In this document: positions 55,738 to 64,000 of the stretch, in pieces
Layout of the letters: every line of letters starts with the position of its first letter
Position numbering within the stretch: the first letter of the stretch is position 1
Assembly (NCBI GenBank): GCA_964408485.1
Contig: CAYOZJ010000002.1
Location: 5,235 to 69,234 of the forward strand
Source of the DNA: an uncultured Gammaproteobacteria bacterium
GTDB taxonomy: Bacteria > Patescibacteriota > Microgenomatia > Levybacterales > UBA12049
Direction of reading: 5' to 3'
DNA length: 64,000 nucleotides
The notes under the pieces: model-generated
Told to the model about the DNA's origin: nothing
Database searches by the model: none
The model's input: only the letters and a program-made list of their open reading frames with translations
Made by a program: the position numbers and the translations under genes

Positions 55738-55974
55738 TCACAGTATGACAAGTGTGACGACAATAAGGGCAAGTGTGCAGATTCCTAAGAAAAGAACAAA
55801 CGACTGTAAATACGGAAACATATCAGGTTGTGTGACAATCCGGTTCATTGCGCGAATTTGATTTAAGACAACAAAGAGAAATACTGCAACAAGAGACAGC
55901 ATAATGCTAAAGCTTATTTTCAGCAAAATACTTGCACCCTGGGTTTGTAGAAATAAAATCTGCTCAGGGCTCAT
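55738..55974 (-). CDS. Small two-TM membrane protein (DUF5657-like)
   Basis: F..VV..QI..MN..V pattern. Confidence 0.65.
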   Translation of the reverse strand: MSPEQILFLQTQGASILLKISFSIMLSLVAVFLFVVLNQIRAMNRIVTQPDMFPYLQSFVLFLGICTLALIVVTLVIL

Positions 55975-56656
55975 AAAATCTTTTTCCTCCAATCAAATCT
56001 TCAACAATTTCCTCGACCCTATCTGGGTGGGGAAGATTGTGGAATTCAAAATTGTCTAGTGTTCCTGCTGTTTGAATGAGGACAAATCCGTAACCTAGAA
56101 TATTGGGTAAGACGCCTGTTTGGTTATAGCTAACATCCTGGACTAAGGCGAGTTTGGTCTCTGCTACATCTTTAAAAACAATTTGATGAAAATCAATATC
56201 AACAACACGTTTATTGGTAATAAGTGCTGCATTGTAATACCACGTAACAAAATTCACAAATGCATAAATAGCAACTAAAAGATAATAAAACGGGATAATA
56301 ACCAAAATCACATTGAGCGGAGGAATGAGAGTAAGAAATGAATCATGTAAAAAATACAAAACAAGAGGGATAATAAGAAAAATAGCTGTTGTAAAGATCC
56401 ACGGAAAATTAACCCATTGTGATTTTCGAAGAAATACTAACACCTGCTCATCTGGCTCTTGTGTTTGAAACGTTACATTGGATGGCCGCTCACAAAAAGA
56501 GGCAAATAAATGAAGCTTTCCTATCTTGTCATGCATTCGATGCATTTTGTCCATCATTTTTTCCCTTGTTGTGCTTGTTGTTGGTTGAGTTATGGTGGAT
56601 GCATCCTGGGTAGGTTCTTCTGTTGCTTCGGAAAATCGTTGGTCGCGATCACTCAT
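55964..56656 (-). CDS. Bacterial PH-domain membrane protein
   Basis: E.V…LR, two TM helices, ITN.R.VD, QDV…G…G.V.IQTAG. Confidence 0.8.
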   Translation of the reverse strand: MSDRDQRFSEATEEPTQDASTITQPTTSTTREKMMDKMHRMHDKIGKLHLFASFCERPSNVTFQTQEPDEQVLVFLRKSQWVNFPWIFTTAIFLIIPLVLYFLHDSFLTLIPPLNVILVIIPFYYLLVAIYAFVNFVTWYYNAALITNKRVVDIDFHQIVFKDVAETKLALVQDVSYNQTGVLPNILGYGFVLIQTAGTLDNFEFHNLPHPDRVEEIVEDLIGGKRFYEP

Positions 56657-56674
56657 AGCTTTATGATATCACAA

Positions 56675-58432
56675 TCAGTGAATTTCTAAGTTATATAAGT
56701 AGCCAACGATTTGAATCTTTGCAGGAGCGCGAAGATTAAAATATTTCCTAAATGTTACTGCGTCAACATCAAAACTTCCTTGGTCGCCTTGCAAGTGCAC
56801 TGTTGACGATTTTCCACTTCCAAAATCTGCATCAACTGACCCACCACTAATTGAAGAGAATGGTGTACGGTATTTTGAAAGCTCAGACTTTACTTTATCA
56901 GGTGACCACATGTCTGGATCTGCAACATCAGGCTGCAAAATATGTGAATCTGCTGACGAATCATTTTGAACAAGAAGAATTGAATTAACAATATCTGCCA
57001 TCTCACTAGACGTCATCCACGCTGTATTGTTGTATTGAGACCTGCCGCCCCAGTCGCAGTAAAACCAGGGAGAATCTTTGTCATATGCATTGCTATTTAA
57101 GCTACTCCAGGAAGTAATAGTGCTTGATGCATCTTGTCCTCTTTTGGTGAATGATGTTGCGGCCCAGCCAATATCGCTAGTTGTAAAAATGTATCCTCCA
57201 TGTGTTGAAGAAAAGTATGCGGCAATAGGATTTCCCCCTTGTACCATAACTTGTCCTGCTGTTGCACTGACTGCGCCGTCCCAATTTCCGCCTTTTGGAT
57301 CGGTTTTGAATACCTGGCAACTTTGTGTTGCACAGATGGATTTTGCACCGTTATTTGTCTCGGCCATTACGTAGGAGCGAGCAGCAATTGCCTGTGCTTT
57401 GAGTGCTGCAGAACCATTGTCTGTCCAACTATCTGGGACTTCATAGATGCGTCTCACATAATCATCTAAGCTTCCTGACCAAATGACATTGCCGCTATCA
57501 TAGCCATTACTGTCATTAACTCGGATTGTTGCGCTCATATTCTGGTATCCATCAAAATTGTAATAGGCATGGAGAATTGCATCGCTATCCTGTCCTGCCT
57601 TTGCCCGCCCTAGTGCGCCGTACTGGTTAAGGCCAACACGATTTGGAACGCCATAACTAAAGAGTCCGAATTCTGTTCCGCCAAATCCAGGACTTTTATA
57701 TGGATTTATATCACTACTACAGCCTCCTCCGGCAATAGCAAAAAGAGGAATATTCAAGCTTCCTAGTTTTGCAGAGAGCAATGATTGCTGTTTGGCAGAT
57801 AAATCCGATATTTGGCTTGAAAGAGTTGCTTGGTACGCTTTAGCTCCCGAGACAATGGTATTCAATTTTGCAGATTGCTCATCAAGACTTGCCTTAAGAG
57901 TGACAAGGCGAGATTTTTCACTTTCCAAGTCTTTTTGTTTTTGCTCTAGTCCTGAAATATTCAAGGCAATATTAGTAATAATCTGTTTGTCAGAATCTGC
58001 TGCGACTTTTTGATACTGAAGAATTTGAGTAATTTCCTGCGCAGAATTGCCGGAAAAGAAAATAAGAATAGGGGAATTGTAGGAGGATTTAATATAGAAA
58101 TTACGAATTGCCTTATTGAGTAAATCTTTTTTTGCATCTAAGTCTTTGTAGCCATTATCAATTTGCAGTTGTTTCGTTGCAACATCTTGCTCAATTTGAC
58201 CAACACGAGCTTTGATTCCTGCAATTTGTGTCTGCATGGAATTGAGTTGAGACTCAAGTGGTCTAGTCGCATTAATGGATTGGTTAAGTGCTGAACTTAA
58301 ATCACTGATCTGTTTTGTGAGTGCGTCAAATGCGTTTTGATCAAAATCATCTGCGTGATTTGGGGTTACAAGAACAAACAATGAAGAAATAATAAAAAGT
58401 GACGTTAAAAGAATACTAAAGAATGTTTTCAT
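56675..58432 (-). CDS. Secreted coiled-coil plus SpoIID/LytB-domain cell-wall hydrolase
   Basis: Signal peptide, long coiled coil, G..QYGA, E.P.SW…ALKAQA.AARSY, C.T..CQV. Confidence 0.85.
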   Translation of the reverse strand: MKTFFSILLTSLFIISSLFVLVTPNHADDFDQNAFDALTKQISDLSSALNQSINATRPLESQLNSMQTQIAGIKARVGQIEQDVATKQLQIDNGYKDLDAKKDLLNKAIRNFYIKSSYNSPILIFFSGNSAQEITQILQYQKVAADSDKQIITNIALNISGLEQKQKDLESEKSRLVTLKASLDEQSAKLNTIVSGAKAYQATLSSQISDLSAKQQSLLSAKLGSLNIPLFAIAGGGCSSDINPYKSPGFGGTEFGLFSYGVPNRVGLNQYGALGRAKAGQDSDAILHAYYNFDGYQNMSATIRVNDSNGYDSGNVIWSGSLDDYVRRIYEVPDSWTDNGSAALKAQAIAARSYVMAETNNGAKSICATQSCQVFKTDPKGGNWDGAVSATAGQVMVQGGNPIAAYFSSTHGGYIFTTSDIGWAATSFTKRGQDASSTITSWSSLNSNAYDKDSPWFYCDWGGRSQYNNTAWMTSSEMADIVNSILLVQNDSSADSHILQPDVADPDMWSPDKVKSELSKYRTPFSSISGGSVDADFGSGKSSTVHLQGDQGSFDVDAVTFRKYFNLRAPAKIQIVGYLYNLEIH

Positions 58433-58519
58433 GGCAGGGAATAGATTTACTATACCAGAAGTTTGAATCTGGAACAAATAATGGTTGATCGTTTTTCTCA
58501 ATTGGTTTAGTATGAAATT

Positions 58520-59488
58520 ATGCAGTTATTTGACGTTGTTACTATTGGGGATGCAATTGTTGATTTACTTGTTAGTGTTCCTGACGATCCACATATTACA
58601 ATTGACGGAAAAAAGGCTGTCATTGATTTGGGAGCTAAAATTCCAGTTGGAGATTCTTCTTTTTCTATTGGGGGTAATGCAACACATGTTGCGATTGGTC
58701 TTTCTCGATTGGGCTTTCGCGTAGCCCTAGCAGCAGAGCTGGGGACAGATGAATTTGCAGAAAAAATACTCAAAGATTTAGACCGCGAGCGTGTATCTAA
58801 AAATTTACTCAAGCAAACACCACAGGCTCTTTCAACATTTACTGTTAGTCTAACATTGGGTAATGATCGGACAACATTTGTCAGGCATATTACACGCGAA
58901 CATATTTTTTCCTTAGACCAGATGCAGGCACAGTGGATTTATTTGACATCAATGGGTGAAGAATGGGAGGAGATGTATAAAAAAACGCTTGAGTTTGTAA
59001 AAGAGACAGGTGTAAAGTTGGCCTTTAATCCCGGAAGCACACAGCTTAAAAAAGGAGTAGATAGTTTTATGAATGTTGTAAAGATGAGTGATGTACTTTT
59101 TGTAAATAAAGAGGAAGCAGAAGAGATGTTATATGGCGAGGTGCTTCCTCCTGAGAAAAAAGAGCAAACAGAGAGCTTACTTTTTAGGTTGCAGCGGATG
59201 GGACCAAAATGCATTGTGATAACCGATGGAGAAAATGGGTCATATGCAATTGATGAAGAATCAAAAGTATATATGCAGGACTCTTTCAAAGAAAAAATAA
59301 CAGAAAAAACAGGAGCAGGCGATGCATTTTCTACAGGATTTTTAGCAGGTATGCTTTCTGGAAAAGACATACAAGAATGTCTCTTGTGGGGAACAGCAGA
59401 TGCAGCAGGAGTAATTAGCAAACACGGTGGGCAAGAGGGTCTTTTGACAAAAGAAGAACTTATTCGTAAGATACAACAGAATCAATGA
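58520..59488 (+). CDS. PfkB-family carbohydrate kinase
   Basis: GG.A..VA.GL.RLG, G.D, FNPG, N.EE, ITDG..G, TGAGDAF. Confidence 0.92.
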   Translation: MQLFDVVTIGDAIVDLLVSVPDDPHITIDGKKAVIDLGAKIPVGDSSFSIGGNATHVAIGLSRLGFRVALAAELGTDEFAEKILKDLDRERVSKNLLKQTPQALSTFTVSLTLGNDRTTFVRHITREHIFSLDQMQAQWIYLTSMGEEWEEMYKKTLEFVKETGVKLAFNPGSTQLKKGVDSFMNVVKMSDVLFVNKEEAEEMLYGEVLPPEKKEQTESLLFRLQRMGPKCIVITDGENGSYAIDEESKVYMQDSFKEKITEKTGAGDAFSTGFLAGMLSGKDIQECLLWGTADAAGVISKHGGQEGLLTKEELIRKIQQNQ

Positions 59489-60000
59489 AGATTTATTTAG
59501 CAACTGATCACGCAGGCTTCAAGCTTAAAGAAGTTGTCAAAGAATTTTTACTTGGCCAGGATTATGAAGTAGAAGATTGTGGGGCAACCACCTTTGAGAC
59601 ACATGATGATTATCCAGATTTTATTCGCAAAGCCTCAGAAAAGATCTCTGCAAATCCTTTTGACCGTGCAATTATTTTTGGTGGCAATGGACAAGCTGAA
59701 GCACTATTGGCAAATAAGTATCCTCATGTAAAAGCTGTTGTTTTTTACGGTCCAAAAGAACCTACTACTACGGTTGATGCAACGGGAAGAGTAAGCGCAG
59801 ATCCATATGAAATGATTCGTCTTACCCGTGAGCATGATAATAGTAATGTCTTGTCACTTGCTGCGAGATTTTTAACAGATGACGAAGCATTGGAAGCAGT
59901 GAAATTGTGGCTTAAAACACCATTTTCAGAAGATGCGCGGCACGTAAGAAGGTTGGGGAAAATAGAAGATGTAGAAAAGGAGCTGTATGAGCAAAATTAG
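59485..60000 (+). CDS. rpiB: RpiB/LacA/LacB sugar-phosphate isomerase
   Basis: DHAG..LK, DDYPD, ANK, REH…NVL.L, RH.RR. Confidence 0.9.
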   Translation: MKIYLATDHAGFKLKEVVKEFLLGQDYEVEDCGATTFETHDDYPDFIRKASEKISANPFDRAIIFGGNGQAEALLANKYPHVKAVVFYGPKEPTTTVDATGRVSADPYEMIRLTREHDNSNVLSLAARFLTDDEALEAVKLWLKTPFSEDARHVRRLGKIEDVEKELYEQN

Positions 60001-60649
60001 AAACCCACTCCATTTGGAAATTGTCCCTGCACCAGGAACATTCCCTTGGGAGGAGATAGAGAAGAGAATAGAAAGCGTTCTCCCTTTTGCAGAAAGTATT
60101 CACATCGATGTGACTGATGGAAAATTCGTTTCCCAAGTAGTGAGTTTAGATCCAACACCATTTAAAAAATATGCAGGAAGAGTTATTTTGGAAGCACATT
60201 TTATGACAGAAAATCCAATACAATATATAAAATCATTTGCTGATAACGGGTTTACTCGTTTTATTGGTCAAGTTGAGCAAGTGCCCGATATTACGGCGTT
60301 TGTTGCAGAGGCGCAGTTGTATGGAGAAGCAGGACTTGCAGTAGACGGACCAACACAATTATCTGTTTTGGATAATGTAATTCTTGATGATTTGGATGTC
60401 GTGTTGTTGTATACAGGTGAAAAAGCGGGTTTTTCAGGAGCAACAATGCTTCCTGATAGACTACAGAAAGTAATGGAGCTTCGAAAGAAAGACGCATTTC
60501 TTCCAATAGAGATTGATGGAGGTGTAAATGACCAGAATATTCTGCTTGCAAAAGATGCAGGGGTAACGCGCTTTGTGAGTACAGGATTTATTTTTAATGG
60601 CAATGTGGAAGAGAATTATACAAAACTCCAAAACCTTATTGGTCACTAG
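59987..60649 (+). CDS. rpe: Ribulose-phosphate 3-epimerase
   Basis: HIDV.DG.FV, EAH.M, GFSG, IEIDGGV. Confidence 0.88.
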   Translation: MSKIRNPLHLEIVPAPGTFPWEEIEKRIESVLPFAESIHIDVTDGKFVSQVVSLDPTPFKKYAGRVILEAHFMTENPIQYIKSFADNGFTRFIGQVEQVPDITAFVAEAQLYGEAGLAVDGPTQLSVLDNVILDDLDVVLLYTGEKAGFSGATMLPDRLQKVMELRKKDAFLPIEIDGGVNDQNILLAKDAGVTRFVSTGFIFNGNVEENYTKLQNLIGH

Positions 60650-60805
60650 TCAGCCGCTTATCAAAATAAAACGTGACGTTCGTCATCGGTAGCTCATAAT
60701 CCCAAGTGATATTTCCTACTCACTAAGCAAAAGTTACTTTCCAAAATCTAACACGAATGTACATAAGTAACTTTTGATTCAGTTTTATTTTGACTCGCGC
60801 CTGCC
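60649..60805. ncRNA. Candidate structured RNA/DNA element (multi-stem junction), family unknown
   Basis: Closing stem TCAAAATAAAAC/GTTTTATTTTGA encloses three hairpins. Confidence 0.4.
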
Positions 60806-60862
60806 TATTACTCATTTGTCATTGATTGGTTTATTGGATTATTTGTATATTTGTTTATTCTC

Positions 60863-63082
60863 CTACTTTGTAGGAGTGGGTGTCCAGGTTGGAATATTCA
60901 TTACGCAGTTGACACTATTTTCTGTCCCTTTAACAAAATATTCATTTTTTCCAAAGCAAGATTTGACAACAACATCATCAGGAATTATCCGAGTAGAATC
61001 TTTTGTGTCTTTTAGCAAGTTACTCATAATTCCATGCCAAATTGGCGCAGCACCAGTAATACCGGATGCTAAATTTTGACTCATTGGACTATTGTCATTA
61101 TTTCCCACCCAGGTAATAACAACAAATTGAGGGGTACTTGCCCCGCTAGAGCTAGTATATCCATCTGTCCAGTTATCACGTTTATTGTCTGTTGTTCCTG
61201 TTTTTACCGAGACAAAATGGTTGTCGATTTTCAAAGGAGAATTGGATCCAAATTCCCAACTTCTTGCAGTATTATCTGCCAAGATATCTGAAAGAATAAA
61301 AGTTACCCCAGGATCCAATACTTTTTGTCCAGACTGATTTGTTTTGGGTTTTTCCTCAAGTGTTGTTCTTTGCGAATCAGTGATTTTAAGAATCGGATTT
61401 AAGTCAATTCTGCTGCCAAGATTTGCTAATGTTCCATATGCTGTTGCCATATCAAGCATAGATACTTCTGCGCTTCCCAACGTAACAGACAGGCCGTAGT
61501 TGCTACTGTCTAACAAATGGGAAATACCCATATTCCGTCCAGTTGCAACAAATGTATCAATGCCAATGCTGTTAAGTGTTTTGACAGCTGGAATATTAAA
61601 GGAATTAGCCAATGCTTGTCTGAGGGTCACTCTTCCATGAAATGCGCCGTCATAATTAACCGGACAATAGGGAGTAGTAAAGCCTGGAAAACAAATTGGG
61701 CTATCATCAATTGAACTTGCTGCTGTTAGTCCTTTTGCAAGCGCAGCAGCATAGGTAACCACTTTTATTGATGATCCAGGTTGGCGAAGAGATGTTGCCA
61801 AATTAACATTGCCCCAATCAGGATTATTGTAGTCAACACTCCCTACCATTGCTAGAATGTCGCCGTTTTTTGGATTCGTTACAACTGCAGCGCCATTGGT
61901 AACATGTAACGCATCATCTTTTCCAATCTCACTTGTTACAACTTGCTGTGCCATGTCTTGTATGGATAGGTCAAGGCTTGTTGTAACAGTAAGTCCTCCT
62001 TTTTCAACAATAGGGAGGCCGTATTTTTGAATAAGTAAATCTTTAATATACATAGCAAAATGAGGTGCATGAAGAGGGGTTTGCGGTTTGGCAAATTGCA
62101 GCTCTTCATTTTTTGCTTTTTGTTCTTCCGTTAATGAAATATATCCGAGATCTCTCATGTGAGACAAGACATCTGCTTGACGCTTTGTCCATAGACCAGG
62201 ATATTGTCCAAACGGACTGTACCTACTTGGGGCTTGAGGAAGTCCTGCTAAGAATGCTGACTCTGCTAAATCTAGCTGACTAACATCTTTGCCAAAATAT
62301 TGATTTGCAGCAGCCTCAACTCCCCATGCAGTGCCCCCGTAGGGGACTTCGTTAAGGTAGAGTTGGAGAATTTCATCTTTTGAGTACATATGTTCTGCCC
62401 AAAATGACAAAACAATTTCTTCAACCTTTCGTTTTATAGATTGTTCTGGAGTAAGAAGTGTTGATTTAATGAGTTGCTGTGTAATTGTTGAGCCTCCTTG
62501 AAAGCTTGTTTTGGACAGATCGGCAAGAAGCGCGCGGGCAATTGCCGCAACATCAAATCCAGGGTTTTTGTAAAAATTTTTATCCTCTATGGCAATTGTT
62601 GCATTTCGCAAATTTTTGGGAATATTTTGGAGCGGTACGATAGTCCTATCCTGGTTGGCATATATGGCATAGAGCAATTTGTGATTTCTATCAAAGATCT
62701 TTGTTGTTTGGGGGACGTTACTTAATGCTAAATTTTTAGGACTCGGGAGGAGAGAAAATAAAGCAATAAGAGAAAGGGGAATGCCAACAAATAAAAAGCA
62801 AAAAACAACACCAATACTAAAGTAACGAATTTTTGTTTTGGCAGGGATATTGTATGAGCGTAAGCGAGAGCGGGGTCTTCTCTGGGGAAGTCCTTTTAGA
62901 AGAAAACCAGTAAGGCCAAGAGATGGAATAAGAAGGAGACGGTAACAAAAATAAAACAATCTCTTGATAAAAGAAAGAAGGAAAAAAACAGCGTCGCCAA
63001 CCGTTATGAAAAATAAAGCAAAGACAAGCAGTAAGCGACTTAGTATCCTCATGTTCCTAAAGTGGACAGGAACTAAGCTCAT
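60863..63082 (-). CDS. Class A penicillin-binding protein (PBP1A family)
   Basis: Transglycosylase EDK.FY, GGSTITQQL.K, RK..E; transpeptidase RQPGSS.K, S.N, KTGT. Confidence 0.95.
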   Translation of the reverse strand: MSLVPVHFRNMRILSRLLLVFALFFITVGDAVFFLLSFIKRLFYFCYRLLLIPSLGLTGFLLKGLPQRRPRSRLRSYNIPAKTKIRYFSIGVVFCFLFVGIPLSLIALFSLLPSPKNLALSNVPQTTKIFDRNHKLLYAIYANQDRTIVPLQNIPKNLRNATIAIEDKNFYKNPGFDVAAIARALLADLSKTSFQGGSTITQQLIKSTLLTPEQSIKRKVEEIVLSFWAEHMYSKDEILQLYLNEVPYGGTAWGVEAAANQYFGKDVSQLDLAESAFLAGLPQAPSRYSPFGQYPGLWTKRQADVLSHMRDLGYISLTEEQKAKNEELQFAKPQTPLHAPHFAMYIKDLLIQKYGLPIVEKGGLTVTTSLDLSIQDMAQQVVTSEIGKDDALHVTNGAAVVTNPKNGDILAMVGSVDYNNPDWGNVNLATSLRQPGSSIKVVTYAAALAKGLTAASSIDDSPICFPGFTTPYCPVNYDGAFHGRVTLRQALANSFNIPAVKTLNSIGIDTFVATGRNMGISHLLDSSNYGLSVTLGSAEVSMLDMATAYGTLANLGSRIDLNPILKITDSQRTTLEEKPKTNQSGQKVLDPGVTFILSDILADNTARSWEFGSNSPLKIDNHFVSVKTGTTDNKRDNWTDGYTSSSGASTPQFVVITWVGNNDNSPMSQNLASGITGAAPIWHGIMSNLLKDTKDSTRIIPDDVVVKSCFGKNEYFVKGTENSVNCVMNIPTWTPTPTK

Positions 63083-63128
63083 TATATGGTGAGTTTTCAG
63101 GTTTGGAAATATCGCATTCTATATCAAA

Positions 63129-64000
63129 TTAATGAGGTGTTGGTGTTGGGCTTGGATTTGGTGGGGGGCAGGTAAGACAATATTTATCTCCAACTAAATC
63201 TGTTAAAACTGTTTCATCACGGAGTTCTAAGTTATCTGTTTGGCCAGGGTTTGGGGGTCTGCTGGTCGTTTTATCAATAAACATCTTGTCCTGAGCAATG
63301 CTTGCTGATTGCTTGTTTTGTCCTTGAATAAAGTATTCATTTCGTGTTGGACAAGCATTTTGGCCAGGAGTGCTTGGGAAAAGTCCAGTTGCTTGACACA
63401 CTGCCATTTGTACAACATTTGCAGGTCGTTGGGGTTGCTGCGCTTGTTTTTCTTGCAGCAAATAGCTCATAACTGTATGGAAAATTGGTGCTGCGCCTGT
63501 TATGCCACTGGCTAGGCCATTCATGGTTGTATTATCGTTGTTGCCAACCCAGACAGTGACAACAAAATTTGGCGTGTAACCAATGGTCCAATTATCACGA
63601 AAATCATTGGTTGTTCCTGTTTTGGCGGAAACATAATTCTTGGGAAAATACAATGCAGATGCAGGCCCAAATTCCTGAAGACGTGCACCGTTATCGGCTA
63701 AAATATCTGAAATAATAAAAGCAACGCCATCAGGCAGTACTTTCTTGCCAAAAATAGGGCTTTGAGGTGGGGTATAGGACTGTAAAAGATTTCCTTTATT
63801 GTCTTCTACTTTAAGAATTGGATGTAAGTCTATTCGGTACCCACCATTTGCAAAAACACCAAATGCGGTTGTCATATCGAGCATGGTTACTTCTCCTCCT
63901 CCTAGGGTAAGAGATAGTCCGTATTGGTCTGCGTTGTTACTGAGTGAGGAAATGCCCATCTGATGAGCAAGATTCAGTACGTCAGGTACCGTGTCTGCTT
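63129..64000 (-). CDS. Second class A PBP, C-terminal part (5'-truncated by window edge)
   Basis: YGLSLTLGGGEV, KTGTTND..DNW, WVGN; frame is open to the window end. Confidence 0.92.
   Translation of the reverse strand, partial: ADTVPDVLNLAHQMGISSLSNNADQYGLSLTLGGGEVTMLDMTTAFGVFANGGYRIDLHPILKVEDNKGNLLQSYTPPQSPIFGKKVLPDGVAFIISDILADNGARLQEFGPASALYFPKNYVSAKTGTTNDFRDNWTIGYTPNFVVTVWVGNNDNTTMNGLASGITGAAPIFHTVMSYLLQEKQAQQPQRPANVVQMAVCQATGLFPSTPGQNACPTRNEYFIQGQNKQSASIAQDKMFIDKTTSRPPNPGQTDNLELRDETVLTDLVGDKYCLTCPPPNPSPTPTPH

Noticed and set aside
1-64000. CRISPR array, transposase or prophage genes
   Set aside because: No regularly spaced 25-45-bp repeats with unique spacers and no recognisable Cas, transposase or phage proteins.

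Overview
A 64-kb chromosomal segment spanning the replication origin (jag-yidC-yidD-rnpA-rpmH <- -> dnaA-oriC-dnaN) of what looks like a Patescibacteria/CPR bacterium, probably Microgenomates-like. The lineage is inferred from gene content. Left arm: purA-purB, comM, ruvCAB, rplY, valS, fba-pgk, nth, rnhA and surface-glycan genes. Right arm: the CPR-type T4SS-like locus (VirB4, PrgI, four VirB2-like pilins, VirB6-like, CHAP and lytic-transglycosylase proteins), large orphan proteins, 7 tRNAs, tmRNA-smpB, comF, pfkB-rpiB-rpe and two class A PBPs. The most interesting signals are non-coding or too short for the ORF track: (1) a leaderless MIKQVVVVVVAS leader peptide with a terminator/antiterminator upstream of valS; (2) a fifth tRNA-Ser with the very rare ACT anticodon, 6 nt upstream of a TlyA/FtsJ-type 2'-O-methyltransferase lacking the S4 domain; (3) a four-helix-bundle (Avd-like) gene enclosed by inverted heptamer arrays, with gene-less versions of such hairpins elsewhere; (4) a T-box riboswitch with an ultrashort stem I and an Asn (AAC) specifier in front of an asparaginase-domain/YbaK pair; (5) a shared 14-bp motif at identical spacing in the promoters of two orphan loci, resembling a repeat in the promoter of an inactive-NTPase/wHTH regulator; (6) an unnamed multi-stem RNA-like element. 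No CRISPR array, integrase, transposase or rRNA gene was seen. All calls were made by eye, without database searches.
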